A stretch of 12,065 nucleotides of DNA from Promethearchaeota archaeon (GTDB lineage: Archaea; Asgardarchaeota; Lokiarchaeia; Sigyniarchaeales; SOKP01): positions 1 through 12,065 of the forward strand of contig JBHLNT010000123.1 in the NCBI GenBank assembly GCA_048941265.1, given 5' to 3'. This document shows, piece after piece, positions 1 to 7,139 of the stretch. The number at the start of each line of letters is the position of its first letter. The stretch's first letter is position 1. A program made the position numbers and the translations under genes. A model generated the notes under the pieces. That model was not told where the DNA came from. It saw nothing but the letters and a program-made list of their open reading frames with translations, and searched no databases.

Positions 1-1
1 A

Positions 2-631
2 TATAAAGATAGAAATTTATTACTAATGGGTATTGTCATGATTTTAATAACTCAACCTTGGTGGCCTTATGCGATTACTCTTATGCTTTTTTTTGCAGGT
101 GGAGAAAGCCTTACTCTTAGCATGTATATAATAATTGGTCTTAGTTTAAATATTATAGTTCTATTTTTAGGTATGTTCGTAATGACTAACCTTATATGGA
201 AAGATAAGGTAAAATTAGTGATGGCTCTAACCGCAATTTATGGAGCTCTATATCAAACATTGTTATTTTACGCAATGTTCGTAGAACCTTCAAGGTTCGC
301 AACATTGGAAGGCCCTCTCGATGTAACATACCAATCATGGTTAGCTCTTTGTCTTTTCTTTAATATAATGCTTGTATTCATATTTGCTATCTTCTTTGCT
401 CGAGAGGCAAGGAAATCTAAGGACACTGAAATTAGGTTAAAAGGTACTCTCTATTTTATCGCAATTCTTTTCTATACTTTAGGGTCTCTTTTAGATGCAA
501 TTCTACCTTTAAGTTTGATATTGTTAGTAATTGTGAGAATATTACTTGCTCTCTCAGCATTTGAAACCTATATGGCTTTTGCCATGCCCAAATGGGTCAA
601 AAAATTCTTCTTAAGACAAGATAAAGTATAA
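2..631 (+). CDS. Stand-alone 7-TM membrane protein, paralog 1 (5'-truncated by window edge)
   Basis: The frame is open from base 2 (YKDRNLLL-MGIVMILITQPWWP), so ATG 26 is probably internal. That segment aligns with the TM1-TM2 loop and TM2 of the other two paralogs (KRIELVTVAFTWIFLSTAWWG, RRRDLITVGLSYIFVSSAWFG). Six hydrophobic segments are visible. It shares KSKDTEIRLKG, LLDA, VRILL and YMAFAMP motifs with the paralogs. Confidence 0.85.
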   Translation, partial: YKDRNLLLMGIVMILITQPWWPYAITLMLFFAGGESLTLSMYIIIGLSLNIIVLFLGMFVMTNLIWKDKVKLVMALTAIYGALYQTLLFYAMFVEPSRFATLEGPLDVTYQSWLALCLFFNIMLVFIFAIFFAREARKSKDTEIRLKGTLYFIAILFYTLGSLLDAILPLSLILLVIVRILLALSAFETYMAFAMPKWVKKFFLRQDKV

Positions 632-670
632 AAAAATAAAATAATATATACCAAGAATTCATAAACACTA

Positions 671-773
671 TTTAAATTATCCGAGAAGCCTGCTCTCCAG
701 TGAATCTCTTGTATACTCGTCGATAATGACGCTCCTGGGCGTGAAATCGAGCGACTTCTTGAGATAAATTAAA
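671..773. ncRNA. Candidate structured non-coding element (ncRNA or miniature inverted-repeat element)
   Basis: 681-760 is 41/80 GC by hand count, far above the other very AT-rich spacers. 671-695 pairs imperfectly with 749-773. Inner helices are ccag(697-700)/ctgg(735-738) and cgtcg-ataa-tgacg (718-731). It lies between two convergent genes and I found no convincing ORF. Confidence 0.45.
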
Positions 774-847
774 GGAGTAATGGATCTCTTTCTTTATTTT
801 AGATAAGTGAAAAAAAAGATAAGCTTTATTGGAATTCTATTATTTAT

Positions 848-2434
848 TTAAAATCCTACCGCTTGTCCGTCTTTTCTCGGATCTGACGAAGCTACATAGC
901 CACCCTCAACTTTATAAATCATTTGACAACCTCCGAATTCAACAAAATGACTAATTGAAACCTTATGTCCTTTCTCCTTAAGACCTTTTACAGTCTCTTT
1001 ATTGAATTCTGGCTCTACAATTACATCCAGTCCGTCTTTAACACTCCAACGGGGTGCGTCATTTGCCGCTTGTGGATTTTGTTTGTATTCAAATATGCGA
1101 ATCATCATTTGCGTATGGCCCTGCGGCTGATGAGCGCCTCCCATAACCCCATAGCTCATAAGGGGTTCACCATTTTTTGTAACAAAGGCAGGAATTATAG
1201 TATGATAGGGTCTTTTATTCGGACCGACTTGATTGGGATGTCCTTTTTCTAAGACAAATCCCGCACCTCTATTTTGGAGGCTTATACCCGTGCCTGGTAT
1301 AACGATTCCAGATCCAAATGCAAAGTAATTGGATTGGATGTATGAAACCATCATACCATTTTCGTCAGCGGCAGTTAAATAGACAGTATCTCCACGTTTA
1401 GGAATACCATATACAAATTCTTGCGCCTTTTGAGGATCAATGAGGTTTGCCCTTTCTTTCAAATAATCTGGTTGTATGAGATAGTTTGGATCAAATTCAA
1501 GGGTTGAGGGATCGGAAATGTACCGGTGTGCATCTGCAAACGCTAATTTCATGGCTTCTAATTGAAGGTGTATAGCATCCACAGAATCAGGCTCAAAAGA
1601 GCTGATATCAAAATTTTTAAGGATACCGAGCATGATTAAAGCAGCTAATCCTTGACCATTAGGAGGTATCTCATGTAATTCGACGCTTTTATATTCGATT
1701 TTTATAGGTTTAACCCATAGAGGGCTATGGTTTTCAAGATCTTCAAGCGTCATTGTTCCACCCGTCTCTTTAGCATAATTAACGATTCTTTTTGCTAATT
1801 CTCCATGATAAAAAGCGTGACCTTCAGTTTCTGCGATTAATTCCAAAGTGCGTGCTTGAGCCGGAAATTTGAACAATTCACCTGGTTTAGGAGGTTTCCC
1901 ATCTCGAAGAAAAGCTTCACAATATCCGGGATAAGTTTTAAATACTCTAGATAAGGCATTCCACAGATCACCTGTTATCGGAGAAATTAAAAATCCATTT
2001 CTAGCGTAATCGATGGCCGGTTCAAATAATTCTTTGAATGAAAGCTGTCCATACTTTTTCCATAATTCCACCCATGCTGAAACAGCCCCCGGAACGGTAA
2101 CAGTATCCCATCCAAGTAGAGGCATTTTTTCATATTTTGAAAAATACTCTGGTGTCCATGCTGCAGGAGATTTACCCGAAGCATTAAGTCCATTGAGCTT
2201 TTTACCATCCCATAATATAGCGAAGGCATCACTCCCAATGCCGTTATTTATGGGTTCTACGACTGTTAAAGCAATTGCAGTTGCGACTATTGCATCTACA
2301 GCGTTTCCACCTTTAAGCAACATCCGCAACCCTGCTTGTGAGGCTAAAGGTTGAGACGTGGCCACAATATTCTTAGCGCAAATAGGCATCCTTCGGGATT
2401 GGTATGGAAATTTCCATCTAAAGTCGTTAGCCAT
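848..2434 (-). CDS. ggt: Gamma-glutamyltransferase family protein (Ntn hydrolase, cytoplasmic YwrD-like)
   Basis: Motifs GGNAVDA, GIGSDAF, VTVPGAV, HEIPPNGQG, autoprocessing site GD-T-VYL (Thr nucleophile), SYIQSNY, FGSG, QNRG, KRPYHTIIP, GVMGG..QPQG and SDPRKDG. No signal peptide is visible. Confidence 0.95.
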   Translation of the reverse strand: MANDFRWKFPYQSRRMPICAKNIVATSQPLASQAGLRMLLKGGNAVDAIVATAIALTVVEPINNGIGSDAFAILWDGKKLNGLNASGKSPAAWTPEYFSKYEKMPLLGWDTVTVPGAVSAWVELWKKYGQLSFKELFEPAIDYARNGFLISPITGDLWNALSRVFKTYPGYCEAFLRDGKPPKPGELFKFPAQARTLELIAETEGHAFYHGELAKRIVNYAKETGGTMTLEDLENHSPLWVKPIKIEYKSVELHEIPPNGQGLAALIMLGILKNFDISSFEPDSVDAIHLQLEAMKLAFADAHRYISDPSTLEFDPNYLIQPDYLKERANLIDPQKAQEFVYGIPKRGDTVYLTAADENGMMVSYIQSNYFAFGSGIVIPGTGISLQNRGAGFVLEKGHPNQVGPNKRPYHTIIPAFVTKNGEPLMSYGVMGGAHQPQGHTQMMIRIFEYKQNPQAANDAPRWSVKDGLDVIVEPEFNKETVKGLKEKGHKVSISHFVEFGGCQMIYKVEGGYVASSDPRKDGQAVGF

Positions 2435-2546
2435 TTTAATTCTCTCTTTTTTTTAAGTTCAAGTATTAAATTTTCACATTAATAAAATTTTGACCATGTT
2501 ATTAATAGTAAAAATTAGGAAAAAAAATAAAATTAATTAATGGTTT

Positions 2547-3290
2547 CTATGGTTCGGATGATTCCTTTATTAATAGATTAGCGATTTTATCGGGTAAAAA
2601 GAAACCTAAATAGAATAAAAATGAGCTGGAAATTAAAATTAACCGAGCTATTACTAAAGTGGCTGGAGTAACTGGTAATCCTACGTCAAAAAGTGCAGCA
2701 ATTGTGAAACTTATAAAAGCTATTAAAATAAATCTTCCTTTCCATCTATTTTTCGGATCATCAGATTCAATAGATTTTTTAGAGAAAAGATACCCTGTGA
2801 TTAGTGCCGTAGCTAAAGCAAAGACTTGGAAAATAATTACGTAGAGTTTGTTTGACGAATTAAAGGTTGCTTCCATAGTACCAATGAGGTTTGGATCTAT
2901 AAGTAGAAAGATTATAAGAAAAATCTCATAAGGAATACAAATCACAGTATAAATAATTAACAATTTTTTCTTCCATGCCGGGTAGGCAAGCCGACAAAAT
3001 GAATATATCCAGAGTAATAACGCAAAAGGAAGAAACACATTATCCACAAATAAATACCAAAAGAGGTTTAATGTAACTCCATAAAATGCATATGTAACGA
3101 AAGAGATTCCTGCGCCCCACCAGGCTGTAGATAAAAAAATCCAGGTGAAAGCTACGGTTACGAGTTCAATTCGCTTTATAGAAAAGTACTTCGTCAAAAT
3201 TTTTAATCCAATTATTAAAGAAACGGTCATAAATATGAGTCCAAAACTTCCGTGAATTATATCAATAGTTGTTAAACCTTCTAATCCCAT
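2547..3290 (-). CDS. Stand-alone 7-TM membrane protein, paralog 2
   Basis: 247 aa with seven hydrophobic segments, short loops and no soluble domain. It is colinear with 5616-6347 (GSxGLI, IGLK, AW, PFAL, LLID, GT..TFxSS, ITG, DPxxxWKGRF, RxILISS, FYxGFFLP). SD AGGTGAT lies just upstream. Confidence 0.9.
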   Translation of the reverse strand: MGLEGLTTIDIIHGSFGLIFMTVSLIIGLKILTKYFSIKRIELVTVAFTWIFLSTAWWGAGISFVTYAFYGVTLNLFWYLFVDNVFLPFALLLWIYSFCRLAYPAWKKKLLIIYTVICIPYEIFLIIFLLIDPNLIGTMEATFNSSNKLYVIIFQVFALATALITGYLFSKKSIESDDPKNRWKGRFILIAFISFTIAALFDVGLPVTPATLVIARLILISSSFLFYLGFFLPDKIANLLIKESSEP

Positions 3291-3293
3291 AAT

Positions 3294-3300
3294 ATCACCT
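3294..3300 (-). promoter_or_regulatory. Shine-Dalgarno site (AGGTGAT) of 7-TM paralog 2
   Basis: The minus strand reads AAGGTGAT-ATT-ATG, a canonical archaeal GGTGA motif directly before ATG 3290. Confidence 0.7.
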
Positions 3301-3343
3301 TAATTTCTAATTCAGAAAGTATCACTTCTGTGAATATATTAGA

Positions 3344-3356
3344 TAAATATACTTTT
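3344..3356 (-). promoter_or_regulatory. Putative BRE-TATA promoter of 7-TM paralog 2
   Basis: Minus-strand AAAAGTATATTTA (purine-rich BRE-like bases followed by a TATA-like box) about 54 bp upstream of the start. The identical 13-mer occurs at 6446-6458 (+). Confidence 0.4.
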
Positions 3357-3402
3357 AAAAATTTAAGGATGCAATGAGAATAATTAAAATTCACAAGATG
3401 AG

Positions 3403-4851
3403 TTAATTATTAGAAATATGAATATTATGAGCTTTTAAAAAGTCTGCATAATCACAGAAAAGAGAGATACTGTTAGCAGCTTCCTTTAATGACAAGAAAT
3501 AAAGCTGTCTTTGTTTTCTTAATAATTTTCCTACTTTTTTAAATCTTCTTGCCAAATCAAAGGAATCAGCAATCCAAGGTAAGCAAAATAAGAATGGTTT
3601 CAGAGTGGTTTGTTGAATTTGAATCATTCTTTTAATTATATAATTGTATAAGTGATCTGGCCAAAGAGGGATAACTATAATATCTATATTTGGATCCTCT
3701 ACGGCGATTTCGATACATGTAGCAAAAATTTCTAATACAAATCCCGGCGCACCTAAGTCAATGGGATTTTTTATATTTACATTTTCTCTAGGTAAAATTT
3801 TAGCTAACTTTTCTTGAGAATTGGGAGTTAATTCTGGGACTTTAAGATTATGATAGGCAAATAAATCAGTCATATTAACTGAGGAACCCCCTCCGGGAGT
3901 TATTATTGCGACATTTCTTCCATTAGGCATGTATTTAGGAAATAATAACTCAAAAGTTTTAATTGTATTCCAAAATTCTTCATTATCTTTAACTAATATT
4001 GCACCAGTTTGTTTAACCATCGCTTTCCATAATTTTAAATCTGAGGCAATAGCTCCTGTATGTGAAAATGCTGCCCGAGAGCCGTCATCTGTATGACCTC
4101 CTTTCCATATAATAACTGGATTCGTTTTAGTAGTTTCTTTTAACTCTTTAAAAAAGTCATGACCATAAGCTGTTCCAAAAGATTCCAAGTATGCTGCAAT
4201 CACTTTAGTTTTCGGATCTAAATGATAATGTCTTAAGAAATCTAAAGCATTTAAATCAATTTGATTTCCAAACGAAATACCATATCTAAATCTGATATCA
4301 CGCTTAAATCCAATGTCCAATAATTGCGTTAAATGTCCACCTGATTGTGACATGAAAGATACGGATCCTGGAATTACATTTGGAGAATTAAGTGCAAAAG
4401 ATATTCCATTTTCGGTATTAAAGGGCCCTAAACAGTTAGGACCAATCACTCGGGTATTTGAACCTTTAATTATTTCTTGAAGTTCACGTTCTTTCAAGGC
4501 ACTTTCGAGATCTCCCGTTTCTGAAAATCCAGAGGCAAATATTATTACCCATGGAATTTGCTTTTCAACACACTCTTTAAGAACTTTTGGAATGGCATTA
4601 ATTTTTAACGAGATATAAGCCATATCAATCGGATAAGGGACATCAAGCACAGAAGGATAGCATTTCCATCCCAAAACTTCCTCATGTTTTGGGTTAATAG
4701 GATAGAAGGTGTCGGAAAATTTAGAATCCTTAAATGCTGGCAAATATAACATAGCTCCAAACCTTGAACTTTCAGAAGCTCCTATGAATGCGATATGCTG
4801 TGGATGAAAAACGGTATCAAACTTTTTGAACTCATCTTGACTGTATGGCAT
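3403..4851 (-). CDS. acdA: Acyl-CoA synthetase (ADP/NDP-forming) alpha subunit, CoA-binding protein
   Basis: N-terminal CoA-binding fold (IAFIGAS, YPINPK, CYPSVLDVP), plus ASGFSETG, IGPNCLG, SQSGG, SFGNQIDL, WKGG, the phospho-His motif AAFSHTGA and NPIDL. There is no fused ATP-grasp beta domain. Confidence 0.9.
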   Translation of the reverse strand: MPYSQDEFKKFDTVFHPQHIAFIGASESSRFGAMLYLPAFKDSKFSDTFYPINPKHEEVLGWKCYPSVLDVPYPIDMAYISLKINAIPKVLKECVEKQIPWVIIFASGFSETGDLESALKERELQEIIKGSNTRVIGPNCLGPFNTENGISFALNSPNVIPGSVSFMSQSGGHLTQLLDIGFKRDIRFRYGISFGNQIDLNALDFLRHYHLDPKTKVIAAYLESFGTAYGHDFFKELKETTKTNPVIIWKGGHTDDGSRAAFSHTGAIASDLKLWKAMVKQTGAILVKDNEEFWNTIKTFELLFPKYMPNGRNVAIITPGGGSSVNMTDLFAYHNLKVPELTPNSQEKLAKILPRENVNIKNPIDLGAPGFVLEIFATCIEIAVEDPNIDIIVIPLWPDHLYNYIIKRMIQIQQTTLKPFLFCLPWIADSFDLARRFKKVGKLLRKQRQLYFLSLKEAANSISLFCDYADFLKAHNIHISNN

Positions 4852-5077
4852 TATTTAAGTAAAAAATAGAAATTTTTTATTTTTTTTGAAAATCGTGGAT
4901 TTATATTTTTTTTAGTTGAAAGAGTTTAATAACGTATCAATAAAATCAACTTAAATGTTTTAAAACAAAAGCGATTAAATTTAAATAGTATAAAAGAGAT
5001 GTTGAAAAATAAAAATATAAATAATCAAATTTATTTAATAAAGTTAAATAGTTTTAGTTAGATCCGATAATTTAATT

Positions 5078-5485
5078 ATGTCTGTCCTCCAAGATATCTG
5101 GATTCTGTCTAATACCGGTACGGTTTTATTTAGTAGAGTATTTGAGTCTCAAATGGAGCAACAGCTTTTTGGAGCCCTAATGAGTGCCTTGAATTCATTT
5201 GCAGAACAACTAGCAGATGGAGGGCTCTCGAATTTTGAATTATCAAATAAAAAATTTGTGATAAAGAAAACGAACAGCTATACTTTTGTAGCAAGTTGCT
5301 CAAAAAAAGTTAAGGAAAAAAAATTAGTAGAAACTTTAGAAAAAGTAATTGGAAAGTTTACTACAAAGTTCCCAGATGATTGGTTTAAAGAATGGGATTG
5401 TGATATTAGTACTTTTGAATGTTTTGAAGAAGATATAGGAGATTCACTAGAAAATCCTATAAAACAATTTTGGAATGGATTCTAA
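5078..5485 (+). CDS. Small longin-like domain protein, paralog A
   Basis: 135 aa with the longin-type pattern beta-beta (IWILSNTGTVLFSR), helix (QLFGALMSALNSFAEQL), three strands (FEL/KFVIKK/TFVAS), helix (LVETLEKVIGKF) and a C-terminal helix. This resembles sybindin/Mon1-Ccz1-Fuz/AP-sigma longins. Fold recognised by eye, not by search. Confidence 0.8.
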   Translation: MSVLQDIWILSNTGTVLFSRVFESQMEQQLFGALMSALNSFAEQLADGGLSNFELSNKKFVIKKTNSYTFVASCSKKVKEKKLVETLEKVIGKFTTKFPDDWFKEWDCDISTFECFEEDIGDSLENPIKQFWNGF

Positions 5486-5615
5486 TTACTCCAATAATGT
5501 TTAATCTAAAAAAACTTTGTGAATAGGTTTAATTTAAATAATACTTTTTCCTAAATTTATAAATATATGGTTTTCTATTTTATAACAAAATTATAATAAA
5601 TTACAAGTGAAAATC

Positions 5616-6347
5616 ATGGCATTAGCTGATTTAACTCAATTGGAAATACTTGAAGGAAGTCTAGGATTAATTTGGGTTCTTATCGCAATTCTTATCGGTT
5701 TGAAAGCAATTTTTAGAGCAATAGCCATTAACCGCAGGAGAGATTTAATAACTGTCGGGCTTTCTTATATCTTCGTATCTTCTGCATGGTTTGGCGTTGC
5801 GTTTCAATTTATTTCATATGGCTTTTTCGATGTAAAATTAGACGCGTTTACCTACCTTATGGTAGCTAATATTTTTATCCCGTTTGCATTAATTTGCTGG
5901 GTATGGTCATATTGCGAAATTCTCAAACCAAAATCCAGAAATATCTTATTAATCGTTTTTTTTGGATTTGCGATTGTGTGGGAGCTATTCATCATTATCG
6001 GACTATTAATTGATATAAGTTTAGTAGGAACCCTTCATAGCACCTTCGACTCATCTCATAGTCCTATATTATTAATTTTCACTTTAACAGGAGTATTTTT
6101 GTTTCTCATTACAGGTACAATTTTTGCGGTCAAATCTATGAGATTAGAGGATCCAGAGGTCCAGTGGAAAGGTCGGTTTTTACTACTGGCTTGGATTAGT
6201 TTTGGCATCGGGGCGATATTAGATGCAGCACTTACTTTAAATGCGATAACTATTATTATAATCAGAATTATATTAATCTCAAGCGCAATAGAATTCTATT
6301 TCGGATTCTTTTTACCAAAAAAAATAAGTGAAAAACTAATTTCTTAA
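5616..6347 (+). CDS. Stand-alone 7-TM membrane protein, paralog 3
   Basis: ATG 5616 is preferred over GTG 5607 because MALADLTQLEILEGSLGLI aligns from residue 1 with paralog 2 (MGLEGLTTIDIIHGSFGLI). Seven hydrophobic segments, with EDPEVQWKGRF, ILDA, IRIILISS and FYFGFFLP. Confidence 0.9.
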   Translation: MALADLTQLEILEGSLGLIWVLIAILIGLKAIFRAIAINRRRDLITVGLSYIFVSSAWFGVAFQFISYGFFDVKLDAFTYLMVANIFIPFALICWVWSYCEILKPKSRNILLIVFFGFAIVWELFIIIGLLIDISLVGTLHSTFDSSHSPILLIFTLTGVFLFLITGTIFAVKSMRLEDPEVQWKGRFLLLAWISFGIGAILDAALTLNAITIIIIRIILISSAIEFYFGFFLPKKISEKLIS

Positions 6348-6368
6348 TTTATCTTTTTTTCTTTTTTC
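6348..6368 (+). terminator. Oligo-T terminator-like tract
   Basis: T-rich run (T7-C-T6) directly after the stop of 7-TM paralog 3, typical of archaeal intrinsic termination. Confidence 0.45.
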
Positions 6369-6445
6369 AACTTTAATTGTGTTTGTATTTATACTTATTG
6401 ACTAATATATATTTAAATAAGATAAGAAGTATATTACGAATTAGA

Positions 6446-6458
6446 AAAAGTATATTTA
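6446..6458 (+). promoter_or_regulatory. Putative BRE-TATA promoter of longin paralog B
   Basis: AAAAGTATATTTA ending about 33 bp before ATG 6491, a spacing consistent with a short-leader archaeal promoter. Confidence 0.45.
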
Positions 6459-6490
6459 AAATTCGTTTGAATTCTCACGGAAAATAGAAG

Positions 6491-6898
6491 ATGAAAGTTA
6501 TACAAGATATATGGATATTAACTCACTCTGGAACTGTGCTATTTAACCGATTGTATGATGCTCAAATGAAAGCTCAACTCTTTGGAGCATTAATGAGTGC
6601 ACTTAACATGTTTGCAGAAAAACTGGCTGAAGGAGGATTATCAAATTTTGAATTATCTGATAAAAGATTTATCCTCAAAAAAACCAAAAATTTTATCTTT
6701 GTTACCTCATCGGCAAAAAAAGCGAAGGAAAATAAGGTTGCTTCTGAATTAGAAAAAGTAGTAACTCGATTTAAAACCAAATATACAGATGGATGGTTTG
6801 AGAAATGGGATAATGACGTAAGTGTTTTTGAAGGATTTGAAAATGAAATAGAAGATACCTTGGAAGAGCCCATAAAAAAATTCTGGAAAGGATTTTAA
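6491..6898 (+). CDS. Small longin-like domain protein, paralog B
   Basis: 135 aa, aligning without gaps to 5078-5485 with 83/135 (~61%) identities by hand count. Confidence 0.8.
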   Translation: MKVIQDIWILTHSGTVLFNRLYDAQMKAQLFGALMSALNMFAEKLAEGGLSNFELSDKRFILKKTKNFIFVTSSAKKAKENKVASELEKVVTRFKTKYTDGWFEKWDNDVSVFEGFENEIEDTLEEPIKKFWKGF

Positions 6899-7139
6899 AT
6901 TTTTAAAGAATATTGAATTGATTTTTACTGCTTCTTTTTATTCACTGATGTTTCTCTTTTATAATGTTAATTATATTTGCAATTTCAACACAATAAAATT
7001 AATTTACTTTTGCTTTTCATGGTATATTCTAATGGAAAAATTCCTTGGAAATATGAAAAAATTAACTTTTAATTTCATTTATTATTCTTCTAAACATATT
7101 ATTTAGAATAACAAAATAAAAATAAGTGGATTATATAAA

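Noticed and set aside
726-755. Eukaryote-like SECIS (ATGA...AAA...GA)
   Set aside because: The helix above the putative core is only 4-5 bp and the AAA-to-GA distance is far too short. No in-frame UGA is visible in the flanking genes, although the 5' end of paralog 1 is outside the window.
706-762. Purine riboswitch (cttgtata... start)
   Set aside because: It lacks the UCUAC junction and CCGUAAA loop, and it does not lie upstream of any gene.
965-2354. ORFs 965-1252 (+), 1987-2238 (-) and 2013-2354 (+)
   Set aside because: They overlap the well-supported ggt gene, antisense or out of frame, and show no recognisable motifs; these are shadow ORFs.
2659-2844. 61-aa ORF (+)
   Set aside because: Antisense shadow of 7-TM paralog 2.
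2547-6347. 7-TM proteins as microbial rhodopsins or heliorhodopsins
   Set aside because: TM7 has no retinal-binding Lys (no DxxxK or SxxxK) and TM3 lacks an RYxxW-like motif.
6574-6873. 99-aa ORF (-)
   Set aside because: Antisense shadow of longin paralog B, with Ser/Phe-rich composition typical of reverse frames.
6918-7106. 62-aa ORF (+)
   Set aside because: TTG start, no SD, and F/Y/N/I/K composition simply reflecting AT-rich spacer DNA upstream of cdhE.
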